From contig OX597815.1 in assembly GCA_951406725.2 (NCBI GenBank), positions 7,440,001 to 7,504,000 of the forward strand: a DNA stretch of 64,000 nt, read 5' to 3'. Below the pieces are notes generated by a model. That model searched no databases and had not been told where the DNA came from. It saw only the letters and a list, made by a program, of their open reading frames with translations. This document shows positions 10,775 through 24,301 of the stretch, in pieces. A program made the translations under genes and the position numbers. Origin of the DNA: Octopus vulgaris (Eukaryota). Numbering within the stretch: the stretch's first letter is position 1; the number at the start of each line of letters is the position of its first letter.

Positions 10775-13036
10775 TACCTATTTCTTTACTACCGACAAGG
10801 GGCTTAACACAGAGCAGACAAACAAGGACAGACAAACGGATTAAGTCGATTATATCGGCTCCAGTGCGTAACTGGTACTTATTTAATCAACCCCGAAAGG
10901 ATGAAAGGCAAAGTCGACCTCGGCGGAATTTGAACTCAGAACGTAGCAGCAGACGAAATACCTATTTCTTTATTACCCACAAGGGGCTAAACACAGAGGG
11001 ACAAACAAGGACAGACAAACGGATTAAGTCGATTATATCGACCCCAGTGTGTAACTGGTACTTATTTAATCAACCCCGAAAGGATGAAAGGCAAAGTCGA
11101 CCTCGGCGGAATTTGAACTCAGAACGTAACAGCAGACGAAATACCTATTTCTTTATTACCCACAAGGGGCTAAACACAGAGGGGACAAACAAGGACAGAC
11201 AAACGGATTAAGTCGATTATATCGACTCCAGTGCGTAACTGGTACTTATTTAATCAACCCCGAAAGGATGAAAGGCAAAGTCGACCTCGGCGGAATTTGA
11301 ACTCAGAACGTAACAGCAGACGAAATACCTATTTCTTTATTACCCACAAGGAGCTAAACACAGAGGGGACAAACAAGGACAGACAAACGGATTAAGTCGA
11401 TTATATCGACCCCAGTGCGTAACTGGTACTTATTTAATCAACCCTGAAAGGATGAAAGGTAAAGTCGACCTCGGCGGAATTTGAACTCAGAACGTAGCGG
11501 CAGACGAAATACCTATTTCTTTACTACCCACAAGGGGCTTAACACAGAGGGGACAAACAAGGACAGACAAACGGATTAAGTCGATTATATCGGCTCCAGT
11601 GTGTAACTGGTACTTATTTAATCAACCCCGAAAGGATGAAAGGCAAAGTCGACCTCGGCGGAATTTGAACTCAGAACGTAACAGCAGACGAAATACCTAT
11701 TTCTTTATTACCCACAAGGGGCTTAACACAGAGCGGACAAACAAGGACAGACAAACGGATTAAGTCGATTATATCGACCCCAGTGCGTAACTGGTACTTA
11801 TTTAATCAACCCGAAAGGATGAAAGGCAAAGTCGACCTCGGCGGAATTTGAACTCAGAACGTAGCAGCAGACGAAATACCTATTTCTTTATTACCCACAA
11901 GGGGCTAAACACAGAGGGGACAAACAAGGACAGACAAAGGGATTAAGTCGATTATATCGACCCCAGTGCGTAACTGGTACTTATTTAATCAACCCCGAAA
12001 GGATGAAAGGCAAAGTCGGCCTCGGCGGAATTTGAACTCAGAACGTAGCGGCAGACGAAATACCTATTTATTTATTACCCACAAGGGGCTAAACACAGAG
12101 GGGACAAACAAGGACAGACAAACGGATTAAGTCGATTATATCGACTCCAGTGAGTAAACTTGGTACTTATTTAATCAACCCCGAAAGGATGAAAGGCAAA
12201 GTCGCCTCGGCGGAATTTGAACTCAGAACGTAACGGCAGACGAAAAACCTATTTCTTTATTACCCACAAGGGGCTAAACACAGAGGGGACAAACAAGGAC
12301 AGACAAACGGATTAAGTCGATTATATCGACCCCAGTGCGTAACTGGTACTTATTTAATCAACCCCGAAAGGATGAAAGGCAAAGTCGACCTCGGCGGAAT
12401 TTGAACTCAGAACGTAGCGGCAGACGAAATACCTATTTATTTACTACCCACAAGGGGCTTAACACAGAGCGGACAAACAAGGACAGACAAACGGATTAAG
12501 TCGATTATATTGACTCCAGTGAGTAAACTTGTACCTATTTAATCGACCCCGAAAGGATGAAAGGCAAAGTCGACGTCGGCGGAATTTGAACTCAGAATGT
12601 AACGGCAGACGAAATACCTATTTCTTTACTACCCACAAGGGGCTAAACACAGAGCGGACAAACAAGGACAGACAAAGGGATTAAGTCGATTATATCGACC
12701 CCAGTGCGTAACTGGTACTTATTTAATCAACCCCGAAAGGATGAAAGGCAAAGTCGGCCTCGGCGGAATTTGAACTCAGAACGTAGCGGCAGACTAAATA
12801 CCTATTTATTTACTACCCACAAGGGGCTTAACACAGAGCGGACAAACAAGGACAGACAAACGGATTAAGTCGATTATATCGACTCCAGTGCGTAACTGGT
12901 ACTTAATTTATCGATTCCAAAAGGATGAAAGGCAAAGTCGGCCTCGGCGGAATTTGAACTCAGAACGTAGCGGCAGACGAAATACCGTTGAGCATTATCA
13001 CCTGGCGTATTAACGTTTCTGCCATCTCGCCGCCTT
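10775..13036 (-). repeat. Tandem array of 12 SINE-B units (about 184 bp each) with one head
   Basis: The unit junction gaaatacctatttc repeats throughout. The single head is at about 12985-13036, and TSD caacacattga lies at 10764-10774 and 13037-13047. Confidence 0.95.
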
Positions 13037-13667
13037 CAACACATTGAGATCAAGTGATTCTCGATTACAAATGACGATCGCAGTTTCGCTGTTTTGCATG
13101 CAGAAAGGAAAAAACAACAACAAAAACCAAAATAACAAGAAAATAAACAAGAAAAGGAAACTTACAATCTCATTTTCCATTCGCCGAATTTTTTCATTCA
13201 TTTTAATTTTAATATCTATAGCCTTAAACTGCACCGAATTACCTAATTAGTTATAAAAATTCATTCGGCACAGATATAGAAGAGTGAGAAGTGTGTGATT
13301 TCATTGAAGTCAAGTCGATCAAGTGTGATGGATACGAGCAGAACAGTGAACGTGTGTGTTCTGAAACAGCTACAGGGCTTCGTCTTTTTTTTGACTTAGT
13401 ATGGCGTGTGTGTTTTGATGCGTATATTAGATAATTATTGATGTTATCGCTGTAATTCATATCTGCTTTATTTGTTTATATGGAACATCACAGTTTGTGT
13501 TTTTCTTTTCGTTTCATTCATTTCATTTATTCACTTCAGATTTTGTGGTTGCCCCAAGTAATATGTAATTATCTGTAATTATTCGTTGAGCATCTCCGGT
13601 GCGCCATACTTCTGCTTAGACCGGTTGAAAATGCACTTAGAGCTTTTTTGTGAGTCTTATTGTTGTA

Positions 13668-13756
13668 CACACACACGCACACACACACGCACACACACAC
13701 ACGTATATAAATGTATGCATATGTATGTATAATATATGTATAGATATATATATATA

Positions 13757-13787
<31 letters not shown>

Positions 13788-14680
13788 ATGTATGTATGTA
13801 TGTATGTGTGTGTGTATGTATGTATGTATGTATGTGTGTGTGTGTATGTTTGTATGTATGTGTGTGTGTATATGTGTCTATGTATGCATGTATGTATGTG
13901 TGTGTGTATGTATGTATGTATGTATGTATGTATGTATGTATGTATGTATGTATGTATGTGTGTGTATGTATGTATGTATGTATGTATGTATGTATGTATT
14001 GTATGTATGTATGTATGTATTGTATGTATGTATGTATGTATGTATGTATGTATGTATGTATGTATTGGATGTATGTATGTATGTATTGTATGTATGTATG
14101 TATGTGTGTATGTATGTATGCATGTATGTATGTATGTATGTATGTATGTGTGTATGTATGTATGTATGTGTGTATGTATGTATGTATGTATGTATGTATG
14201 TATGTATGTATGTATGTATGTATGTATGTATGTATGTATGTATGCATGTATGTATGTATGTATGTATGTATGTATGTATTGTATGTATGTATGTATGTGT
14301 GTATGTATGTATGTATGTATGTATGTATGTATGTATGTATGTATGTATGTATGTATGTGTGTGTGTATGTATGTATGTATGTATGTGTGTATGTATGTTT
14401 GTATGTATGTGTGTGTATATGTGTATGTATGTATGTATGTATGTGTGTGTATGTATGTATGTATGTATGTATGTATGTATGTATGTATGTATGTATGTAT
14501 GTATGTATGTATGTATGTATGTATGTATGTATGTATGTATGTATGTATGAACGCATGTATGTATGTATGTATGTATGTATGTATGTATGTATGTATGTAT
14601 GTATGTATGTATGTATGAACGTATGTATGTATGTATGCAAATATGTATTCAAGTATGTATGTATTGATTGATTGATTGAT
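13668..14680. repeat. About 1 kb (TATG)n microsatellite
   Basis: Directly visible. Confidence 0.97.
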
Positions 14681-14745
14681 TGTCTGAAGTGGTGCGCAGA
14701 TTTTATACATTAAGAAAAAGGAGGTAGCAAAATTTTGAATAGTTA

Positions 14746-14908
14746 GGCGTAGAAGTAGCTGTGTGGTAAGTAGCTTGCTTATCAACCACATGGTTCTGGG
14801 TTCAGTCCCACTGCGTGGCACCTTGGGTTAGTGTCTTCTACTATAGCCTCAGGACGACCAAAGCTTCGTGAGTGGATTTGGTAGATAGAAACTGAAAGAA
14901 GCCCGTCG

Positions 14909-14949
<41 letters not shown>

Positions 14950-15118
14950 ATTTGTGTGTGTCTATGTTTGTGCCCCCCAACATCGCTTGACAACCGATGC
15001 TGGTGTGTTTACGTCCCCGTAACCTAGCTGTTCGGCGAAAGAGACCGATAGAATTAGTACTAGGCTTACAAAGAATAAGTCCTTGGGTCGATTTACTCGA
15101 CTAAATAAGTAAAAGAAT
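14746..15118 (+). mobile_element. SINE family A (tail partly deleted)
   Basis: Homology to 5463-5880. Confidence 0.9.
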
Positions 15119-15373
15119 AAAAAAAAAGAGTTATTTATTTAGTGCTTTCATCTAGTTTCGGAAAATCATCAGAAATGATTCTCCGAAGCGAGATGAAAGC
15201 ACTAAATAAATAACTATCCAAAATTCTGACCACATCCTTTCTCTCAATATATATATATATATAAAATTAATTAAGGGTAGAAATTGATATTTATCAATTA
15301 AGACCAGTGGTCTAGCATATTAAAAAGAATCCGAAGATTAAAATATTTATATATACCAATAAGGAGTTATGGA

Positions 15374-15660
15374 AGTCAACATGCTAGATATAGACGTCAA
15401 AGCCATTCACCACAAAGATTATGTTCTCAGATCAAACTCAACACAAAACCATAGCAATAAACAAGTGAAAAATATACGAAATAAAATAATTACCCATGTA
15501 CTAACAATAATACCCATGTACTAACAGCTGAAACTAAGTTAGTACATGGGTAATATTTTATTTCGTATATTTTTCACTTGTTATTGCTGGTTTTGTGTTG
15601 AGTTTGATCAACATAATCTTTTGTGGTGAATGGCGATTTGACGTCTATATCATGTTGACT
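15374..15660. repeat. Imperfect long inverted repeat between (TA)n tracts
   Basis: agtcaacatg..tacccatgtactaac pairs with gttagtacatgggta..catgttgact. Confidence 0.85.
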
Positions 15661-15682
15661 GTCATTTTCGTGTTCAGTCTTA

Positions 15683-15764
<82 letters not shown>

Positions 15765-16159
15765 TTCTATTCCTGAGCGTTATACTAATACATCTGTTTG
15801 TTTTGTACACCACCTGTCTTCGTCTTTTGTTGTTTGTTTCATAAACTCTCCCTATATATATAAATCTCTCTCTGTCTCTCCCTCTCTCTGTAAGGATTTG
15901 AAATATTGATGCTTTATTCAGACTGTTCTCTGTGGTTTGTATCTTGTAATAAACACTCTTTTCCTATGGTTGCAGTTTTCCCACTTGATGAAAAAAAAAA
16001 TTGCTTGTCCAGGATGCATGCAACCACAATGCCGTCACTGCTTATCAAAGGCAGATGACTGTATTCAGCCCCTGCAAAATGTATTCTTATATTGACCTAT
16101 ATTTGAAAAAATATATATCACGGGATACGCACCAAGGCTTTAATTCCCAAAAATTAAAA

Positions 16160-16380
16160 GAGTTTCAAATTTTGGTATAGGATCAGCAATTTTTGCGGGG
16201 AGGTGGTGGGGAAGTCGAGTACATCGACCTCAGTACTTGACTGGTACTTATTTTACCGACCCCGAAAGAATAGAAGGCAAAGTCGGCCGTGGTAACATTT
16301 GAACTCAGGATATACAGTTGGAAGAAAAGCTGTTAAGCATTTTGTCCGATGCGGTAATGATTCTTCCAGCTCGCCGCCTT
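16160..16380 (-). mobile_element. Diverged SINE-B variant (alternative tail)
   Basis: Family B head and body with a caaattttgg..gggg tail. Confidence 0.75.
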
Positions 16381-16404
16381 ATAATTCTAATAATAAGAAT
16401 CCTT

Positions 16405-16891
16405 GGAAAGACTTCCACCCGTCCCCCCACCCCATTTTCTCCAAAATTTATTTATTTTTGCAATTTGTTTGCCAAAAATGCCCGTTTCCGAATACGGAGG
16501 TTCCGGAAAATTGCCAAAAATCGGCATTGTGAAATTCCCCCCTTCCTCCAACTTCTTCAATTTTGACTTTTTTCACCAACACTAACCCTAATCCTAATCC
16601 TAAAACCGTAACCGTAAGTATAGAAATGTTTTGAAATTTTTGTCCGAATCATGATGTCCGTATTTTTCCGCATATTTAGGGAAAAAAAGATTCTTAAAAA
16701 AAAATTTTACAAAGATTTTTGGAAAATTTTTCAGAATCATAATCTCCGTATTTTTCTGCATAGTTTGAAAAAGAAAATTGTGAAGAAAGTTTAAAATGAA
16801 AGAAATGGGGGTGGGGTGGTAATTGAAAAAAGAAGGGGGGGAGAAAATTTTTTTATAAAAAGGGCGGTTTGGGGTGGGCAGAAGTTTTGCC
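16405..16891. mobile_element. MITE with GG..CC termini and 8-bp TSD (Merlin-like)
   Basis: TSD gaatcctt at 16397-16404 and 16892-16899, imperfect TIRs ggaaagacttcc / gaagttttgcc, and internal ctaaccctaa repeats. Confidence 0.7.
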
Positions 16892-18524
16892 GAATCCTTT
16901 CTACTGGAAGCATAAGGCCTCAAATTTGTTGGATGGGGAATAGTCGATTACATCGACCCAAATGGTACTTAATTTATCGACCCCGAAAGGATGAAAGACA
17001 AATTCGACCTCGGCGGAATTCTAGTAATAATAATAACATGAATTGTTGCAACCACTCAACTGCAACCATAAAAAGAAAAAAGAACGAACAAAGCACTTGC
17101 TAAACGTGAACTCACGATTCACTAGTTCGTAATGCGCATTAACGAACCAGCCATGTTACCTGTCGCTCTCAAACCTATTGACCCCAAAATAAGTAATGAA
17201 AATCCTTCATAAAAATAAGCAAAACTTCTTATATTTAATTACACATTTGCTTTGTCGTTAGCAACATTTGTTGTAATCGTACAAAACTGTTATTATTAAC
17301 TCAACTCCATGTTAACATACAGCGATTGTGAACATATTTATTTTCAACTTTATCTCTCAACATATTTATCTTTATTTTGCATTTGATGTTATTGTTGTTG
17401 TTCCTCACAGTCGTCATCATCATCATCGTCATCGTTTTCGTCATCTTCTTTACTCTCTTTCCTTCAATCCTCTTCTAAATTTGCCAGCCTCTAGCTTAAA
17501 TTACCGACTGACCGCCGCCATTTTAATCCTTCGTTGTTTTTGTTTGATTTTTTTTCCCCTCACACCGCTTCCGGTAGACAATCTATTGGGTGCCGAAAAA
17601 TGTGTAAGTTGCTTCAAGTTCTGTTATCTTCCATCCACATTAATGTACTCAGCAGTTCGTATATTCGTCAGGAATTCTCTCCCACCCTGTCTCGTTCTCT
17701 CTCCCTCTCTCCTTTTTCCTTCCCTCTCTATTTCTCGATCCTCTCTTCTATCTCTGTCTCTAATTCCCTCTCACTCTCTCTTCTTATTCTCCTCCCTCGG
17801 TTTTATGTTGTTAGTGGAGAAGTTTCCTTGCCTAAAGACTTGTGCAAGTAACTTAGGAGCCAACTAACATGTCACTTTGCATTGTATTAATCTCTGTGTT
17901 TATATTCGTTTGTATATATGTGCATACATGCATGTACCTATGTCTGTGTGTACGTGTGTGTACGTGCGTGTGTGTGTATATGTATGTGTGTGCGTCTGTT
18001 TGTATGCATAGATATAAATGTGTTTATGTTCGTGTTTGTATGCGTGTGTTTGTTTTTACGATGTTTCTGTGTCTGCTGTATTTCTTTGTATGTGTGAACG
18101 TTTGTGTGCTTCCACAAACGTTTATGTTTATTTTTTCTATGTGCAGTACTTCATTTTTGTATAAATTATATGCGTGTGTATATTCATATATATAGTGTGT
18201 GGTAAAGATGTATATAAGTGTTTGTTAGAGCGTTGTTTATGCCGATGCATGTGGTTGTATATGCGACATTTTTATGCTGTATTTAGACGTCTTTGCATTC
18301 ATATGTATATGCATGGGCAGATATATATTTTATATATGTATGTATATCTGTATTTGAACAGGTTTCTACATTTCTGTGCTACATATATGCGTGCATGAGC
18401 TTGAGTAGATGTGCATGTGTATTGTATTTAGGCATGTGAGTGTATGCATATGTTTGTGTGTACGTATATCTATAGGTATGTATGTATGTATGTATGTATG
18501 TATGTATGTATGTATGTATGTGTG

Positions 18525-18564
<40 letters not shown>

Positions 18565-18629
18565 TAAAACGGTAAGATAACAAAAGAAAGAAAGAGACCC
18601 CAATATTATGTAAATAGAGGAAATTTATC

Positions 18630-19182
<553 letters not shown>

Positions 19183-19279
19183 TTGAACTTAAAAATGGTC
19201 TATGACTATTTTAATTTTTTCCTACTAGGCCGCTGGTGGCAAAAGAATTCTACAAAATTTTTTTGCCACCCTATATTGA

Positions 19280-19326
<47 letters not shown>

Positions 19327-19586
19327 CGCACAAGTGAGTATTCAAACGAAAGGAAAAAGCATTCAACGCATTAATTGGAGTTTTATACATTATTATTTAA
19401 AACCGTTTGTTTCGGTCTCCATACGACTTAGAGTTCGGTTATCTGAGCCTCTATGAACTAGGTTTCTACACTGAACTAGTTTCTTGCCATTTAGACATGT
19501 GGCTAGACAGATTTTTATAAAGTGGCATGTTATAACAAGGCACGTTATAAATATATATATATGTATATATATCAATATATGCATGT

Positions 19587-19621
<35 letters not shown>

Positions 19622-19634
<13 letters not shown>

Positions 19635-20128
19635 ACTGTAGTTGTGTGAGTGTCTGTCCCCTTCGATTTAGATTCCTAACTAATCCCACATTTTGCGGTG
19701 CAGTTTAACCAAAAGCGGGTATCTTATAGTCGTGATTAATATCAAGCCCGTCTGCGTATTAGCGCGCGTCTACGATGAGTCTACGATTTTAAAAATAATT
19801 TAACATCATTTTTTATTCCATTTTAATGCATAATATTTCGTGTGTCGATGGCGGCGGAGTTGGCGTCCATGGTCACACCTGCACCTGTTTGCTTCTCCCC
19901 CTTCTTCCTCCTCCTGAAGCTGTGGGGAAGGGAGTGTAAGGTAATCAACGTCGTAAAGCGTTGTCAAGGAGACCAGCGTTCTTTTAGAACAACGACTTCA
20001 TGGCTTGAAGACACCAAAACAGAAATGGCTAAGAAAGCCCGAATTGGCATATATAAGGGAAGTAACTCTAAAAATGCTTTTAGTTATTTCCATTGTACAA
20101 ACCCGAGCAACGCCGGGCGATACTGCTA

Positions 20129-20129
<1 letters not shown>
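19622..20129 (+). mobile_element. Non-autonomous Helitron, copy 2 (extra internal segment)
   Basis: Same family, with 3' hairpin and CTAG|T at 20126-20130. The 5' end merges into (TA)n. Confidence 0.82.
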
Positions 20130-20205
<76 letters not shown>

Positions 20206-20362
20206 AGCATGTTTCGTATACATATATACGTACATATTACAAATACATGTGCGTGTGTGCATGTGTATATCACGTATAGCGGTTCATGTATTACATATAG
20301 CATGGCTCTATATATATAGCATGGCCGCAGTCAAATGACTGAAACAAGTAAAAAGAGTAAGA

Positions 20363-20415
<53 letters not shown>

Positions 20416-20459
20416 CTTTATAATTAATAATAATAAACTTTAATATCTACAACTTCTGT

Positions 20460-20617
20460 GCCCTAGGGAAAAAGTTAAGATTTTTTTGCCGATGACACTC
20501 CTCGGACCTTAAGTAAGGCATGTGTAAAATTTGAATGAGATTGGTTGTGTAGTTCTCAAGTTTTAGGGAAACACACAGACAGACAGACAGACATTCTCAG
20601 TTTTATATATATAGAGA
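20460..20617 (-). mobile_element. 5' fragment of a related Helitron-like element
   Basis: The minus strand starts atctctatatatataaaactgagaatgtctgtctg, similar to the 5' ends of the other copies. Confidence 0.5.
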
Positions 20618-20749
20618 TGTATATATATCAATATATGCATGTGTTTATATATATATATATATAGATATAAATTAATTAATCTTATGTATTTGCTTAAGTT
20701 TTTCATTGTTTGATTTGCCTAATAGTGGTTTTATCTCTAATTTAATATA

Positions 20750-20796
<47 letters not shown>

Positions 20797-21046
20797 GTAT
20801 ATACACACTCCAATTTTGCACACTTGTCTCACACAGAACTTAACCAATACAGCTGAGGAATAACGTCATCATTATTATTGAAAAATCTTCAAAATTTTCT
20901 GTTTTCCTGCAAAAGCTACGCAGTCAGTGAAAAGGTGAAAATCCTGTTTCCAAACTCTATACTCCACGAATCACACAAACTACACATACAGTTCCCGTGT
21001 GATAGAACTCCTCCATCGGTTTCAATAGTGCCCCCTCCTGAGGATA

Positions 21047-21470
21047 TAAATAGAGAATACCAAACGAGTTCCTATGGATACCGTATTTATTACAACTCAT
21101 GGGCTTGTAAACGTATCTAACGAGCGAAAGCGGGTTAGATCCGTTTACAAGCCACGAGTTGTAATAAATACGGTATCCATAGGGAATGAGTTTGGTATTT
21201 TATTTATTACACACGAATAAACGACCATATTTTATTAACCCCAAAACTAAATTCTACTCGTTTAGTTGTAACTTATGAATGACAAAAGTAGTGCCGTCAC
21301 TGTGATTTCGGGTCATCACCATGGATTGACCAATCAGAAGCAGCGCTGTCACCGTGACCTCGGGTCATCACCATGGATTGACCAATCAGAAGCAGCGCTC
21401 GCAGTATCTGACATATGTTAGATACCAAAAATATCTTAAAGTGTTCTCACTCACATGTGTGTAATAACTT
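21047..21470. mobile_element. Non-autonomous DNA element with long internal palindrome (possibly Crypton-like)
   Basis: Hairpin at 21047-21205 with apex cgagcgaaagcggg, a 52-53 bp tandem duplication carrying CCAAT, and an inverted pair ttattacaca / tgtgtaataa. Confidence 0.4.
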
Positions 21471-21805
21471 CCATTATCCCATGGGTTCCAAACTCTTGTA
21501 CATATTACAAACATAATTATCGCGGTTGTTGTGTTCGCTGTTCAGCCACTCTACTTTCGTTTATCAACAAAATGTTGATCCCGGCGTGATAGAAAGGGTT
21601 GTCATCGACATCCTTTCGTGAAAGTGGAGCGAACTGTCTGCAGGCTTCGCTGAAAAGTAACAGCACTGTACGTGTTAATCTCCACAATTCAGACATGTTT
21701 GCCCGAGGTAGAACCTCTGATGTGAATGGAACTGGTACCGACTCGCGAATCAGGCAGTTTTTGTTTTCTTGTTTATTTATTTATTCATTGTTTAATCGGT
21801 TTATA

Positions 21806-21946
21806 TTAGGTTGTACCAAAAGTTCGTAAACACTTGCGAAAATTGAATTTTTACTCGTCAAGTACTAACAAAAACAACAAAAATTATTCCTCAAAATAAA
21901 GACCATTATTTTCCAAGACTTTCTACGAACTTTTGGGACAACCTTA
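21806..21946. mobile_element. Mariner-type MITE (about 140 bp)
   Basis: TIRs taggttgtaccaaaagttcgta / tacgaacttttgggacaacctta, flanked by TA. Confidence 0.75.
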
Positions 21947-22133
21947 TAGTTACTTGGTAGCCTCGAGTCTAGGAGAGTGCTTGTGCAGCGAATTGCTAAT
22001 ATTCAAAAGAGAAAAAAACTATAATCGTGATGTGCAATGTATACGAACTCGAACTCACATATTTGCTATTGCGGTTTATTTATTTGAACACCAGTGACTA
22101 TAGAATCATCGCCATTGTTACGTCCACCAGTCT

Positions 22134-22856
22134 AAGGCAGCGAGTTGGCAGAATTATTAGCAGGCTAGACGAAATGCTTAGCGGTATTCGCCCGTTCTGA
22201 GTTCACATTCCGCCGAGGTCGACTTTGCCTTTCATCCTTTCAGGGTCAATTAAATAAGTACCAGTTACGCACTGGAGTCGATATAGTCGACTTAATCTGT
22301 TTGTCTCTCCTTGTTTGTCCTCTCTGTGTTTAGCCCTTGTGGGTAGTAAAGAAATAGGTATTCGCCCGTTCTGAGTTCAAATTCCGCCGAGGTCGACTTT
22401 GCCTTTCATTCTTTTCGGGGTCGATTAAATAATTACCAGTTACGCACTGGTGTCGATATAGTCGACTTAATCTGTTTGTCTCTCCTTGTTTGTCCTCTCT
22501 GTGTTTAGCCCCTTGTGGGTAGTAAAGAAATAGGTATTCGCCCGTTCTGAGTTCAAATTCCGCCGAGGTCGACTTTGCCTTTCATTCTTTTCGGGGTCGA
22601 TTAAATAATTACCAGTTACGCACTGGGGTCGATATAGTCGACTTAATCTGTTTGTCTCCCCTTGTTTGTCTTCTCTGTGTTTAGCCCCTTGTGGGTAGTA
22701 AAGAAATAGGTATTCGCCCGTTCTGAGTTCAAATTCCGCCGAAGTTGACTTTGCCTTTCATCTTTTCGGGGTCGATAACTTAAGTACCAGTTACGCACTG
22801 GGGTCGATGCAATCGACTTGCAACTCTTCCCCACAATTTCAGGCCTTGTGCCTGAA
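22134..22856 (+). mobile_element. SINE-B tetramer (one head, four bodies)
   Basis: The junction aaagaaataggtattcgcccgttctgag occurs three times, and the last unit carries the alternative tail. Confidence 0.9.
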
Positions 22857-23284
22857 AAGATTATTATGCCCACCAATCGGATTCTGTGACATCGGCGAAG
22901 GTCACCGCTTATATTCTCATTTAGAGAAATATGCCACTATTCAAAATTTTCTTTCAAATAGAAATTGCTTCTCGATAATGCTTTGAGCTGCTGCTGCTGC
23001 TGCTGCAGTCAAACTTCTACTAACTGACAATGGCCTAGTTGTCATTGGACTAATCTTGTGCAGAAATTTATAAAAGAAAATGCCAATTCGGTTTTTCGTT
23101 TCTTAATAAACCCTTCAACTCGACGACTCAGGCATTTTTCACAGACTGACCTGCAGGCCATGTTAGCAGTAGAGTTAACTATTTATCATCCAGTGCTTTA
23201 AAGCTACATAACTCACTTATCGGCTACGTTCGACAGTTTTGTCAACTATGCAGCTAGCTTATCAGTCATATAAACGATAGCTAT

Positions 23285-23715
23285 AAGGTGTCGAGCTGGC
23301 AGAGAAGGCAGCGAGCTGGCAGACACGTTAGCACGCCATATTTCGTCTGCCGTTACGTTCTGAGTTCAAATTCCGCCGAGGTCGACTTTGTCTTTCGACC
23401 TTTCGGGGTCGATTAAATAAGTACCAGTTATGCACCGCGGTAGATATAATCGACTTAATCCGTTTGTCTGTCCTGGTTTGTCCTCCCTGTATTTAGCCCC
23501 TTGTGGGTAGTAAAGAAATAGGTATTTCGTCTGCCGTTACGTTTTAGAGTTCAAATTCCGCCGAGGTCGACTTTGCCTTTCATCCTTTCGGGGTCGATTA
23601 AATAAGTACCAGTTATGCACTAGGGTCGATGTAATCGACTTAATCCCTTTGTCTGTCCTTGTTTGTCCCCTCTATGTTTAGCAGTAAAGAAATGTTGTGG
23701 GCAGTAAAGAAATAT
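23285..23715 (+). mobile_element. SINE-B dimer with partially duplicated head
   Basis: Junction gaaataggtatttcgtctg at about 23515-23533. Confidence 0.88.
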
Positions 23716-23903
23716 ATATACGATAGCTATCCAATTCGGTTCGTATCTTGATCTTACGATTAGCTGTAATCCACCAACCAACAACAAACAACAACTTGAT
23801 TCGAGTTAAAATGTTCATATTTATTGAGATTTCTCGGCACGAAACATACTTTTTATATATTTCAGATCATTTAATTGTTGTCATATTTCTAATTAAGTCT
23901 TAA

Positions 23904-24301
23904 CTAGCAGTATCGCCCGGCGTTGCTCGGGTTTGTAAGGGAAATAACTATAAAGCATTTTTAGAGAGTTATAGCCAAAAAATAGCAAAAAAATGCATTA
24001 AAAATGGCAAAAAAATGATGGTAATTATTTTTTAAAATCGTTGACTCATCGTAGACATTTTTAGAGAGTTACTTCCCTTATATAATGGCGAAAAAAATGC
24101 ATTAAAATGGAAAAAAATGATCGTAAATTATTTTTAAAATCGTAGACTCATTGTAGATGCACGCTAATACCCAGAAGGGCTCAATATGAATCACGACCAT
24201 AAGATACCCGGTTTTGGTTAAACTGCACCGCAAAATGTGGGAGTAGTTAGGAATCTAAATCGTTGGAGACAGACACACAACCTTGCTTTTATATATAAAG
24301 A
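23904..24301 (-). mobile_element. Non-autonomous Helitron, copy 3
   Basis: A|TC...hairpin-CTAG|T on the minus strand, with an internal tandem duplication. Confidence 0.87.

Noticed and set aside
10771-11211. Recurrent ORFs such as NWYLIYRPRKDERQSRPRRNLNSER and RQASFSFRLPNPLTRHWSARGYSRR
   Set aside because: These are antisense translations of SINE-B and SINE-A.
13637-14821. Long ORFs (up to 394 aa) of [16 protein letters not shown] type here and throughout the window
   Set aside because: They are translations of stop-free microsatellites, with no coding evidence.
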